Of a stretch of 64,000 bases of DNA, positions 13,546-25,645 are shown in pieces; within the stretch, counting starts at the first letter, position 1, and every line of letters starts with the position of its first letter. Under the pieces are notes generated by a model. It did no database searches and was not told the DNA's origin. It worked only from the letters and a program-made list of their open reading frames with translations. The stretch comes from Tubulanus polymorphus (lineage: Eukaryota > Animalia > Nemertea): contig NC_134033.1 of NCBI RefSeq assembly GCF_964204645.1, positions 10,734,655 through 10,798,654 of the forward strand, written 5' to 3'. The position numbers were made by a program, and so were the translations under genes.

Positions 13546-13942
13546 TGCGTGATGAAATCTCAAGATTCAACTCATCAAAAATGAAACTAAAAATCTCCAT
13601 TTCATTTTCGCGTCGCTTTTACGCGGAGTTAATTGAACGTTTCAACACAAATTAATCACACGCTCACAAAATCATAGATCATTGTCATCGTTGCCGGGGG
13701 TGATGGTTACAGGTAAAAAACCCGTGCGCGTCTGTTCGTACGGCGGCGTCTTCGAGAGACGTATAATTACTTTCGTTAACCGGATATTCTTCGGTTTATG
13801 TGGAGAATTATTCAAAATCAGGAATTTATTTGAATATGTTTTACATGTTGAATCTGAGTTTATCTTTATGTGTAGTTTTCTACAGTGAGAGGTGAACTGC
13901 CAGTCGATGACCTCGTCATTCTGTTCTGGGTTGTGATCTATG

Positions 13943-14915
13943 GACCGTCCGGTTGAAGAATAGGTTAGGACTCTTGTCACAGAATAGGTTAAGACAGTCC
14001 TGTTGAAGAATAGGTTACGACAGTCCGGTTGAAGAATAGGTTAAGACAGTCCGGTTGAAGAATAGGTTAAGACAGTCCGGTTGAAGAATAGGTTAAGACA
14101 GTCCGGTTGAAGAATAGGTTAAGACAGTCCTGTTGAAGAATAGGTTAGGACACTCCCGTTGAAGAATAGGTTAGGGCTCTTGTCACAGAATAGGTTTAAA
14201 AGACAGTCCTGTTGAAGAAGTTTAAGACAGTCCTGTTGAAAAATAGGTTATAGGACGATTCTGTTGAAGAATAATAGGTTAAGACAGTCCTGTTGAAGAA
14301 TAGGTTAAGACAGTCCCGTTGAAGAATAGGTTAGGGCTCTCGTCACAGAATAGGTTTAAAAGACAGTCCTGTTGAAAAATAGGTTACGACAGTCCGGTTG
14401 AAGAATAGGTTAAGACAGTCCGGTTGAAAAATAGGTTATAGGACGATTCTGTTGAAGAATAATAGGTTAAGACAGTCCTGTTGAAGAATAGGTTAAGACA
14501 GTCCTGTTGAAGAATAGGTTAAGACAGTCCTGTTGAAGAATAGGTTAAGACAGTCCGGTTGAAGAATAGGTTAAGACAGTCCTGTTGATGAATGGGTTAT
14601 AGGACGATTCTGTTGAAGAATAGGTTAGGACCCTTGTCGCAGAATAGGCTAAGAGGGTTCTGTTCAAGAATTGGTTAAGACAGTCCTGTTGATGAATAGG
14701 TTATAGGACGATTCATTTGAAAAATAGGTTAAGACTTGTCAGGGAATAGGGTAGGAGGGTCCTGTTGAAGAATAGGTTAGGACGGTCCTGTCCCTATCAG
14801 AATAGGTTAGGGCAGTCCTGTTTATGTTCATGAATAGGCTTTGTCGTGTTTAATGATTTAGGTTAGGATTGTCCTTTTGAAGAAAAGGTTAGGGTGGTCC
14901 TGTTCAAGAATAGAT
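13943..14915. repeat. 26-bp minisatellite (gacagtcc[t/g]gttgaagaataggttaa)
   Basis: More than 30 copies. Confidence 0.95.
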
Positions 14916-15019
14916 TCCGAACCCTGGTTCGATCTGTACTGGTAGTTGATTGCTGCTGAATTAAGTGCGTCTGCAGCTGCTGCTGCTGCTGTGTGAGAGA
15001 GAACTGTGTCTGCCACTGT

Positions 15020-15054
<35 letters not shown>

Positions 15055-15407
15055 ATCAAGAGAGAATAGCATCTGATGCTGCTACTGCTGCTGCTGTGAG
15101 AGAGAACAGCATCTGCAGCAGCTGCTGCTGCTGTACGAGAGAGAACTGCGTCTGCCGCTGTTCGGTCGCCCGCAGTCAGTTACGACGAGAATGTAATTAA
15201 TTTGCGTGACATTAAGCGTTGAATGCGGAGCCGCCTGAAGGTCGTGCGGAGCTACCTCGAGGTCACGCGCTACGACATGAAATAGAATTACCGTCGTCGA
15301 GGCGAATATGAAATTATGAGAACTGGCGTTCTGAGAACTCGTTGAGCGTGGATCTCCGTGTGAAATATTACCAAATAGATTAGATTGAGCGTAGAATAAT
15401 CATCATC

Positions 15408-15997
15408 ACACAGAGCCCTCTGGTGACAATATATAACTAGCTCTGTGCGACCTGAATCACAAAGCCCCCTGGTGACATTCTAGAACTGTAGCCCTGTGCG
15501 ACCTGAATCACAGAGCCCCCTAGTGACAATATAGAACTGTAGCCCTGTGCGACCTGAATCACAGAGCCCCCTAGTGACAATATAGAACTGTAGCCTGTGC
15601 GACCTGAATCACAGAGCCCCCTAGTGACAATATAGAACTGTAGCCTGTGCGACCTGAATCACAGAGCCCCCTAGTGACAAAATAGAACTCTAGCTCTGTG
15701 AGACCTGAATCACAGGGCCCCCTAGTGACAAAATAGAACTCTAGCTCTGTGAGACCTGAATCACAGGGCCCCCTAGTGACAATGTAGAACTGTAGCCTGT
15801 GCGACCTGAATCACAGAGCCCCCTAGTGACAAAATAGAACTCTAGCTCTGTGAGACCTGAATCACAGGGCCCCCTATAGTGACAATGTAGAACTGTAGCA
15901 CTGTGCGACCTGAATCACAGAGCCCCTGGTGACATTGTAGAACTGTAGCTCTGTGCGACCTGAATCATAGAGCCCCCTGGTGACAATATAGTTGTAG
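15408..15997. repeat. 50-bp minisatellite (gacctgaatcacagagccccctagtgacaatatagaactgtagcctgtgc)
   Basis: About 12 copies. Period 50 (e.g. 15601 and 15651). Confidence 0.95.
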
Positions 15998-16729
15998 CCC
16001 GGTTCCACACAGTTGTGAGCTAAGATCTGATTCAGTTAAAATGCTGAATCTGGATCCACACAAAGCCGAACTCACAAATAATATCAAAATAATGTCAGCG
16101 CCACCCGGTGAAAAAGCAGTAGTCATAGCCCTGCACTCAATTCCATATTGTATGTTTTCGGTCCGGATTTTACTCAATATCCAGGTGCGGTGGGTTTTTA
16201 AGGGCTACCAAATCAAGTCAAAAACTAACAATCAAGAAGAAATAGATGAAAGGAATATAGCCATCCAAGAAAATATCAGAAATGAACTAATTTCAAAATG
16301 TATAAAACGCATAAAAGACGAACTCATTTTAACGATAGTTTCGAGAGAACCGTCGAACCGAGCGCTGGTCTCGGACTGGGTTTAACTGAACCTCGACTCG
16401 GTGGTTTCCAGTGGTCTTACACGAGTGTAATCAGTAGATTGTCATCTGTCGTAAACTATATGTAAACAGCTGTTTATATCTAATTTATATTTCTACATCG
16501 ATACATATTTAATTTCTGTTAATATGCAACTGAACGCACCACATGTCACTGACCATCTCATTACTACTACTACATATGACTTCAATATGTATATCATCGG
16601 TAAAAAAAATCATGGCTTTTAAACATAAAATAGAAATGTTGTGTTTGTACAGCTTCATTTCTAGATATTTCATGGCCGCATAACATGACAATTGAGGCAA
16701 TATAGGACTTCTATGCCTCACCTCTTCAG

Positions 16730-17858
16730 CCCGCTATGTCTGACTGCCTCAACTTAGTCTGGACCACCATTATGTCTGACCTCAGCTCAGTCCAGACCTC
16801 TAAATCTGACCTCTGCTCATTTGAACCGTAATGCCTGGCCTCCTCAACTCAGTCTGGGCGGCCACTATGTCAGACCTCTTCAACTTTGTCCAGACCTCTA
16901 TGTCTGACCACAGCCTGACTTCCTCAGCTCAGTCCGGACAGCTATGTCTGACCTCTTCAACTAAGTCTGGACCTGTATGTCTGACCTCCAACTCAGTCCA
17001 GACCTCTAATGTCTGACTTTTCAATTTAGTCCGACCTCAATGCCTGACTTCCTCAACCCAGTCTGGACCTCTATGTCTGACCTCCTCAACTCAGTCTGGA
17101 CCTCTATGTCTGACCTCCTCAACTCAGTCGAGACCTCTATATCTGACTTCCTCAGCTCAGTCGAGACCTCTATATCTTGCCTCCTCAGCCCAGTCTGGAC
17201 CTCTATGTCTGACTTCCTCAACCCAGTCTGGACCTCTATGTCTGACCTCCTCAACTCAGTCCAGACCTCTATATCTGACTTCCTCAGCTCAGTCTAGACC
17301 TCTATATCTTGCCTCCTCAGCTCAGTCTGGACCTCTATGTCTGACTTCCTCAACCCAGTCTGGACCTCTATGTCTGACCTCCTCAACTCAGTCCAGACCT
17401 CTATGTCTGACCTCCTCAACTCAGTCCAGACCTCTATATCTGACTTCCTCAGCTCAGTCCAAACCTCTATATCTTGCCTCCTCAGCTCAGTCCGGACCTC
17501 TATATCTGAACACCTCAACTCAGTCGAGACCTCTATATCTGACTTCCTCAGCTCAGTCCAGACCTCTATATCTTGCCTCCTCGGCTCAGTCTGGACCTCT
17601 ATGTCTGACCTCCTCAACTCAGTCTGGACCTCTATGTCTGACTTCCTCAACCCAGTCTGGACCTCTATGTCTGACCTCCTCAACTCAGTCAATACCTCTA
17701 TGTCTGACCTCCTCAACTCAGTCTGGACCTCATATGTCTGACCTCCTCAACTCAGTCTGGACCTCATATGTCTGACCTCCTCAACTCAGTCCAGACCTCT
17801 ATATCTTGCCTCCTCAGCTCAGTCCGGACCTCTATATCTGACCACCTCAACTCAGTCG
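16730..17858. repeat. 33-bp minisatellite (gacctctatgtctgacctcctcaactcagtctg)
   Basis: More than 30 copies. Gives 11-aa periodic pseudo-ORFs. Confidence 0.95.
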
Positions 17859-18080
17859 TGAGCGATGCCCACAAATCATCTAAAATCTAAGATCGTCGTT
17901 AGATTGGTTGTTAGAATGATCTTATTACACAGCAGACTGAACTGTCTAAGGAGACGATTGCCTCCGATTATCGCGTGACCCCGAATTACAATATACTATA
18001 CTCCTAATCATTGGGACAGCGTCTGCCCCGGAATTCGCATACCGCAGTCCCGTGGGATCAGGCACAAGCGCAGTCTTCAA

Positions 18081-18386
18081 GGTCCGGTTCTACAGTTCGG
18101 AGTTAAGATTTAACACATATATCATATCATCATATATTTTCCTTTACAATTTCAGTTACATACAATGTAAAATCATTGTTATACTTAATACACTAACATA
18201 CATCAATACATATATCAGTATTTAAGTAAATAGATAAGTAAGTGGATTCATTTCGCATCATATATAACAGAAATAGAGGGGAGGAAACAGTAAAAAGGCG
18301 GGGCTTGTAAGAAACTGGCCCCCTCTTGAAAATGGACTAGCTTTAACTCAGAGTTGACTCTAACTCACAACTGCGGAACTCAGTCC
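18081..18386. mobile_element. Family A MITE interrupted by a ~210-bp insert (18115-~18325) resembling a LINE 3' end on the - strand
   Basis: Left end ggtccggttctacagttcggagttaag, right end aactcacaactgcggaactcagtcc. The insert ends (minus strand) in ggaaaatatatgatgatatgat. Confidence 0.55.
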
Positions 18387-18612
18387 TGTATGGTAATAAG
18401 CGATGGACCGATATTTTCCGGTGACGTCGATGTTTCAGCTCGTAAAGGGTTAAAACTCGCATGTCTGCGTCTATAAACATTTGAATATCTCTCTCTCTCT
18501 TCCTGCGCACGCGGAGATGTAAATTATATCAATTAAACTCATCTCGAAGAGAACGGCGACAAATTGTGTCGGTTGATTCTCCGCGTGATTGTATGATAAT
18601 TCCTCCTATAAA

Positions 18613-18729
<117 letters not shown>

Positions 18730-18814
18730 TCACCGATTCATGGACGAGGGACTCGTTTAGATGGATATAAACATCGTTTAATTTAGATCTAGTAGCAACA
18801 CCTGAGAATAACTG

Positions 18815-19272
18815 AAGCCGGAACTGTGTGGAACTTTGTCCAGAACTGTGGAACTAGATTCTGAACTGTGGAACTTTCTCCGGAACGGTCCCGGAACTGT
18901 GGAACTGGGTCCCGGACTGTGGAACTTGGTCCCGGTACAGTGGAACTGGGTCTTGATTGTGGAACTGGGTCCCGGAACTGTGAAATTGATTCCGGAATGT
19001 GGAACTGGGTCTTGAACTGTGGAACTGGGTTCCAGAACTGTGGAATTGGTTCCAGAATGTGGAACTGGGTCTTGAACTGTGGAACTGGGCACAGAACTAT
19101 ATATAGAATTGGGTCCTGAACTTTGAAACTGGGTCTTGAACTGCGTTGGACTGGATGCAGAGCTATAGAATTGGGCCCAGATCCGTGTTTAGAACTGTAG
19201 CATCGGGTCCAGTACTGTGGAACTGGATACAGAGCTATAGAATTGGGTCCTGAACTGTGGAAGTGGATCCAG
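18815..19272. repeat. 21-bp array (gaactgtggaactgggtcccg) matching the family A TIR
   Basis: Unit equals the TIR AACTGTGGAACTGGGTC. Similar arrays at 30590-30700, 31365-31630, 32100-32220, 38286-38460 and 42220-42605. Confidence 0.88.
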
Positions 19273-19799
19273 GGATGTTCAGTCTTGAGTGTCAGAAGTA
19301 GAAAATTGGGTTTGGGCCAAGTTGAAGCGCGCGAAGAAACAATCTTAAATTTAAACACAATATCTGAAGACTTCTATGTCTTACTGGATCCTAGACTGGT
19401 CCCAATTCTAGGGCTCTGCTCATTGGACCCAGAAATCTGTGTCCTGATTCCGGGTGTGTTCCTTGTGCCAGTACTCTGTTCCTTGAACCTCAGGATCCTG
19501 CTTCCGGGCCACATGTCACAGGGTGTATAGTTCTACTCCGGTTCCAGTTAGCAAGACCTCTAGACGCCTTGCGTTGTATGACGCCAGCACTATTTGTTCG
19601 CGACTTATATTCAAACATCTGTTTTTTTGTAAAACACTTATCATGAAATACTGAATTATTGATATAGAAAAGGGGATTGCGTTTCGTTAGATTCAATTTT
19701 ATGCCTCGTCACATGTTTCGAATTGAAACTAAACTGAATTATCATCGAACGACACATGGTGATATATTTAACTACTACTATCTGTTTGTGTGTTGATAG

Positions 19800-20480
19800 A
19801 TATTGCTGTTGCTACTTTCGTTGCTTTGGTTGTTGCTGGTGCTGTTACTGCTCGTGTTGGTGCTGGTACTGGTAGAGCTGGTGCTGGTGGAGGTGGTGGT
19901 GCTGCTGCTCTATGTGCTGTTGGTGCTGCTGCTGCTGCTTTGTCAGCTGCTACTACTACTGTTTGTTCTAGTGCTGCTGTTAGTGCTAGTGCTGCTGATG
20001 CCGCTGTTTAAGCTGGTGCTGGTGGTGCCGCTGCTGATGTTGCTGACTGTTCCTGCTGCTGCTGGTACTGGTACTGGTACTACTGTTTGTGCTGGTGCTG
20101 GTGCTCCATGTGGTGCTGGTGGTGCTGCTGCTGCTCCATGAGCTGGTGGTGGTGGTGCCGCTGCTGGTGTTGCTTACTGTTCCTGCTGCTGCTGGTACTG
20201 GTACTGCTGTTTGTGTTGGTGCTGGTGCTCCATGTGGTGCTGGTGGTGCTGCTGCTGCTCCATGTGCTGGTGGTGGTGGTGCCGCTGCTGGTGATACTGA
20301 CTGCTCTTGCTGCTGTTGCTGGTACTACTGTTTGTGCTGGTGCTCCATGCGGTGCTGGAGGTGCTGCTGCTGCTGGTGTTGCTGACTGTTCCTGCTGCTC
20401 CTGGTACTACTGTTTGTGCTGGTGGTGCTGCTGCTGCTGGTGTTGCTGACTGTTCCTGCTGCTGCTGGTACTGGTACTGT
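19800..20480. repeat. (GCT/GGT) trinucleotide-rich region with internal >100-bp duplications
   Basis: Direct inspection. Confidence 0.9.
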
Positions 20481-21042
20481 CACAGTTCTCGATGCGGCTA
20501 TGTTACTGTAGACATTTGCTGTTGAGATGTTGTCATTTTCGTTTCAATTCCGCGCTACAATTGTATTATCTGTATCAAACATGAGATGACATAGAAATCG
20601 CATTAGTCTGGCAAATTCAATCAGCAACTCTTCTCTCTGCGCTCTCTTTCCGCTCTCTCTCTCTCTCCCGCTCTCTCTCTCTCTCTCGCTTTCTTGCTGC
20701 CGCTGTCTCTGCGACAGCAAGCCCTTCAATCATCTTCATTTAGCTGTTGAAGCAAAGCAAAAAAAGTTGTCTTTTGTCGATGAGAAACAAATAAAAGCAA
20801 CAGACATCGTCGAATCTCTCGGGACACATTTTTATACAAACCGTTCCGGATTGTCATTTTATTTCTTCATGCAGTATTCGTAACAATAATTACTCAGCAG
20901 CTGCAGCGCGACAGTACCAGCATTAGTAGCGGCAGCATCTGATGTGGATTTATATTTCGTCGCGTTCGAAAATTGAACTCGTAAACGCCCCACCAGAAAC
21001 CAGAACCATGGAACAGGGCCCTAGGAGTCACTCTTCAGGAGA

Positions 21043-21253
21043 GGTGCAGTGTTCGAGTGGTTCAAGCCGCCGGTCACTGGTCTCGTCAATTCAGGGTTCA
21101 TGGGTTCAAACCCTGGTGGCGGCAGAGTTTCTCGGTGGAAGGTTCTTACTCTGGTCTCTCCCCCATTTGGAAAAAGAAACCTCGAATCCGTTACTGATGT
21201 CCTGAGTTGTAGTCAGTGGGTTGAGGGAGTTAAAAAAATGGAATTTAAAAAAA
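21043..21253 (+). mobile_element. tRNA-derived SINE (degenerate)
   Basis: A-box-like gtgttcgagtggttcaag, B-box gggttcaaaccc (21102-21113), A-rich tail. Confidence 0.6.
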
Positions 21254-23319
21254 GGAGTCATTGTGTGACTGAGGGAGATCAGTAATTTTGCGATGTTTCA
21301 GCTATGTTGCATTGAGAAGAAGAGGGAAGAGGGCAATTAAGTTTTACTCGGGGGGGGGGGGCAATAGGGTAAGGGGAGGTGCGGAGGTCATCACTGATTA
21401 GCTCTCATTTCTATACTGATTACATACACACTGACACACCATGCAGTCTCTCTCACAGAACGGGTAGAGTTTGATAAACTGTCTTTAATTGATCAGCCGC
21501 GCACGTTGATTATTATTATGAAGTCAGTGTCATGTGAATTGATTGCACACACACACACAGACAACTATGCATTATAGCGTGAACATAAAAACCTGACAAA
21601 TATACAGGGCGGGTGACAGATGGCACCCTTGGGCGACACCTGTTTAATTTACAATACAATATACAAGTGGATGATTTATAGAAACTGTATTTAAAGATCC
21701 CAGGGGTTCAGTACGGCTTAGATACAGCTTGAAACCCCAGGTAGCGCGGTATAGCGCGGAAGGGTGCCACGACCCCTAGTAGAATCCGATAACGCCCCAG
21801 TAGGATTCCAGGACCTCCCAGTAGTAGCCGCGACCAGCTCATCATTTTACAGTTAATTTTTTTTTACAGTTAATTATTTTGCAGTTAATTGTCAAGGCTT
21901 TCATATAATGTCAGATTTGATGAGGTGGGCCGCCGAAATCGTGTCCTTTTGGTCCCCCAAAATTCACCCAAAGTTACTTGGATTTGAAGTGAGCGCTCAG
22001 ATGTGTCATGTTCATACTCGAAATACTCGAGAAATTGAAATAGGAGGATGTTGATTTTTGTTCGTTTTGATTTCGAGGGCTCGGTTGTCGAGTTCATCAT
22101 AAGATATTAGGCTCGAATCCCACTATATAACCGTTTTCTGCAGCATACGGAAAAAAGTGCCGGGGCGGATTGGGGCGGCTTGAGGTGTAATAGGCAGGGC
22201 GGATACGGGCGGCTTTGGGCTAATGGGTTAATCTATGCCGGATCGTTTGAATCGAGGTGGGAAGATTCCACGACCTCCAGTCGCATTGCCGGACTGCCGG
22301 GTAACATTTTAGGATGCCCCTGAAGGATACCAGTAACTCAAGTAATGCCGGGTCCAAGCATTGAGTTTAAAATCATTTGGAATATTTCTTTCGCTTCTTT
22401 GTTTCAACTGAAAGTTGCCTTTTTGCGGTAACAGGTAAAAAATCCCCCCAAATTTGATTCCACAGCAAAGTATAATAAAATACTTCGATATTCTTATCTT
22501 GAAGAACTTAAATAGTTTTCCAAAATTTTACATTTTCCGTGGTGTTTTTCACAATATTCACCTCGGATAACCTGTGACTTTTTTAGCTGACGTGCATAAA
22601 AAATGACATTATTCTGTGACGTTTAGCAAGCAATGTGCATAGAAAATGATATCATCACATGTTTTAAAATTTCTATGAAAAAAACTAGTTCAAAAGTAAT
22701 AGTATAAGTATTATTGTAAAGAGTATCATCTGTTTTCATTTAGGTTTTTACTTAAGTTTGATAGAAAACTGAACTTTTTACCAGAGGGGGGATATTTATT
22801 GGGGGAACCTACATTCAGGAACTCCAGTAATGCCGATTACAATCCAAACTTTCAGTTTAAAATCGACTTGAATTTTTCTTTCTTTCTCGTCTTTGTTTCA
22901 ACTGAGAGTCGCCGTTTTGCTGGAAACGTTGCCCTCAGGGCGATCGACTTGATAGATTTCTGCTGAATTTTACGGCATTATCTATCGGCTACTCGAGACT
23001 CGACGCTTTTTGAACACCGCGTTTGTTATTTCTATATATCCGATGAACTTTTGAAATGTCACCACACGCGACTGTTACCACAATACCGCCGCCCTCATAC
23101 AACAGATAGACTGATAATCAATACACGCGTATGAATTTTACTCGTCTGAAGATTTTTCGGATGTTGTAAAAATTGTCTTATGATGATTTAGATGTGTTTT
23201 ATTGAACCGCGCGGCGCCGCGCGTCGTCGCTCAATACGTTACTAAACCGTTCGTCGATTACATACACACGTGAAAATGTCATCGGAGATTGATTTAAAAC
23301 GGTCTTTTGTACGATAGTT

Positions 23320-23720
23320 AAAACCATCTCTCCTTAAAATCGCCCCTCCTTAAAACCATCTTCTTAAAAACCATCCCTCCTTAAAACCATCTCAAAAACC
23401 ATCCCTCCTTAAAACCATCTTGCTCCTTAAAACCATCCCTCCTTAAAACCATCTTCTTAAAAACCATCCCTCCTTAAAACCATCTCAAAACCATGCCTCC
23501 TTAAAACCATCTCAAAAACCATCCCTCCTTAAAACCATCTTCTTAAAAACCATCCCTCCTTAAAACCATCTTAGAAACCATCTCTCCTTAAAACCATCTC
23601 GCTCCTTAAAACCATCTTAAAAATCATCTCCTTAAAACCATCTTCTTAAAATTCATCCCTCCTTAAAACCATCTTAAAAACCATCCTCTTAAAACCATCT
23701 TGCTCCTTAAGAACCATCTC
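23320..23720. repeat. ~15-bp degenerate repeat (ccttaaaaccatc)
   Basis: Direct inspection. Confidence 0.92.
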
Positions 23721-24499
23721 CAGTCAGTTATGAGTGATAGAATTAACTCAGAGTTAAAAGATTAGTTTTCATTCTGAACGAGTTTTACTCTCGAGTCAAA
23801 TCATGACTCACAACACGGCGGTATTATGGATCATGAAATGTAATAACGTGGTGATTATTAAATATTTTAAAAACTTAAAACTCTTCCACATTTTCCTGTT
23901 AAGCGCACGAGTGAGATGACCATTACATTACTGATATTGATTTGAATTCACGTCCGAACCATGCCCCAGCATACATCAACGCGTTCGCGTATTAGATATA
24001 GTAAAATGTACCTTTGAAAAGTGATCATCGTAATAGTAATAATTAAAGGGGTTTAATGGGCGTGCATTAATATACGTCCGGCTGTCCGACGCGCCTGTGT
24101 CTTGTCAGCCGATACTGACCAATCGGCGATCGATATCGACGCGCGCATCGTTACTATCCGTCGGAAATGAAAAGAGTGTTTAACGACCATAAATATTGAT
24201 AGCGGGACGCGCGATACCCATGGGGGAGCGGGAGGGAGGGAGGTCGGTTTCTCTCGGGTTACTTTTAAAGCGAGGAGGAAGCCGTTGATCTAAACTATTC
24301 AATACTGCGGCGTTGAACGCGACAACGATAAAATACTTGAGTCCGCGTTGTAAAGATGATATCTGAAATCCTTGCACGCTTAGAATAGGAACTGTTAGTT
24401 GATTCATTCGATGTTTCAACATCCTAATCATCATTTTCAGGAATATTGGTCCCAGTTACATAGTTTTCACTTCCAAGAGTGATCTTTTGTCGTAAGACA

Positions 24500-25020
24500 T
24501 CGGTTATAGAACTAAAATGAACTTAGACTGGTCTTAAGCTGTTAGATGGACTATAGAACCAAAATGAGGTTATAGTGGTCTTAAGTTGTTAGATTGACTG
24601 TAGAACCAAAATGAGCTTATAGTGGTCTTAAGTTGTTAGATTGACGGTAGAACCAAAATGAGCTTATAGTGGTCTTAAGTTGTTAGATTGACTATAGAAC
24701 CAAAATGAGCTTATAGTGGTCTTAAGTTGTTAGATTGACTGTAGAACCAAAATGAGCTTATAGTGGTCTTAGGTTGTTAGATTTGTTAAAGAACTAAAAT
24801 GAACTTAGACTGGTTTTTAGTTCTTACATTGGTTATACAGAACCAAAATGAGCTTAGACTGGTGTTAAGTTGTTAGATTTGTTATAGAACTAAAATGAAC
24901 TTAGAGTGGTCTTAAGTTCTTACATTGGTTATACAGAACCAAAATGAGCTTAGACTGGTATTAAGTTGTTACATTGGTTATAGAAGTAAAATGAGCTCAG
25001 TATCGTCTCAAATTGTTATA
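24500..25020 (-). repeat. 45-bp family B minisatellite in inverted orientation
   Basis: Reverse complement of the 2590-3230 unit (tagaaccaaaatgagcttatagtggtcttaagttgttagattg). Confidence 0.93.
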
Positions 25021-25149
25021 TTAACTTAGCTAAATCAAGCAGCTGGGTTTAAAGGTCTCACTGCTACCGATTCCAAGGTTATCAGAAATGTGGATCAAGT
25101 TCCTCAATGTATGTTTGTGCCACAAATAAAATGAATACTGTGTTAAATA

Positions 25150-25645
25150 ACCACTGAACACCCATGAACACAACTGATAGCCAGTGAACACCACTGATCG
25201 CCAGTGAACACCACTGATCGCCAGTGAACACCACTGATCACTAGTGAACGCCACTGATCGCCAGTGAACACCACTGATCGCTAGTGAACACCACTGATCA
25301 CAGTGAACACCACTGATCGCAGTGAACACCACGGATCGCCAGTGAACACCACTGATCGCCAGTGAACACCACTGATCGCTAGTGAACGCCACTGATCGCC
25401 AGTGAACACCACTGATCGCTAGTGAACGCCACTGATCACAGTGAACGCCACTGATCGCAGTGAACACCACTGATCACAGTGAACACCACTGATCGCCAGA
25501 GAACACCACTGATCGCTAGTGAACACCACTGATCGCTAGTTAATGCCACTGATCGCTAGTGAACGCCACTGATCACCACTGAATACCATTGAACTTCACT
25601 GAACATACTGTTAGCCAGTGATTGCCAGTGAACACCGCTGATCGG
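25150..25645. repeat. 20-bp minisatellite (gccagtgaacaccactgatc)
   Basis: More than 20 copies. Confidence 0.95.

Noticed and set aside
12543-13655. Long Leu/Ser/Phe-rich ORFs up to 338 aa
   Set aside because: CT-rich repeats lack stop codons by composition.
13943-17858. Regular 26-, 50- and 33-bp repeats as a CRISPR array or repeat protein
   Set aside because: Head-to-tail units with no unique spacers, no cas genes, eukaryotic intron context. ORFs are interrupted by stops and indels.
18109-18347. TTTAAC as TSD of the nested insert
   Set aside because: Both TTTAAC-like words are part of the family A MITE interior, so the match is not diagnostic.
21043-21125. Functional tRNA gene
   Set aside because: A and B boxes are present but no clean cloverleaf or anticodon arm, and it continues into a SINE-like body. 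Same for 55841.
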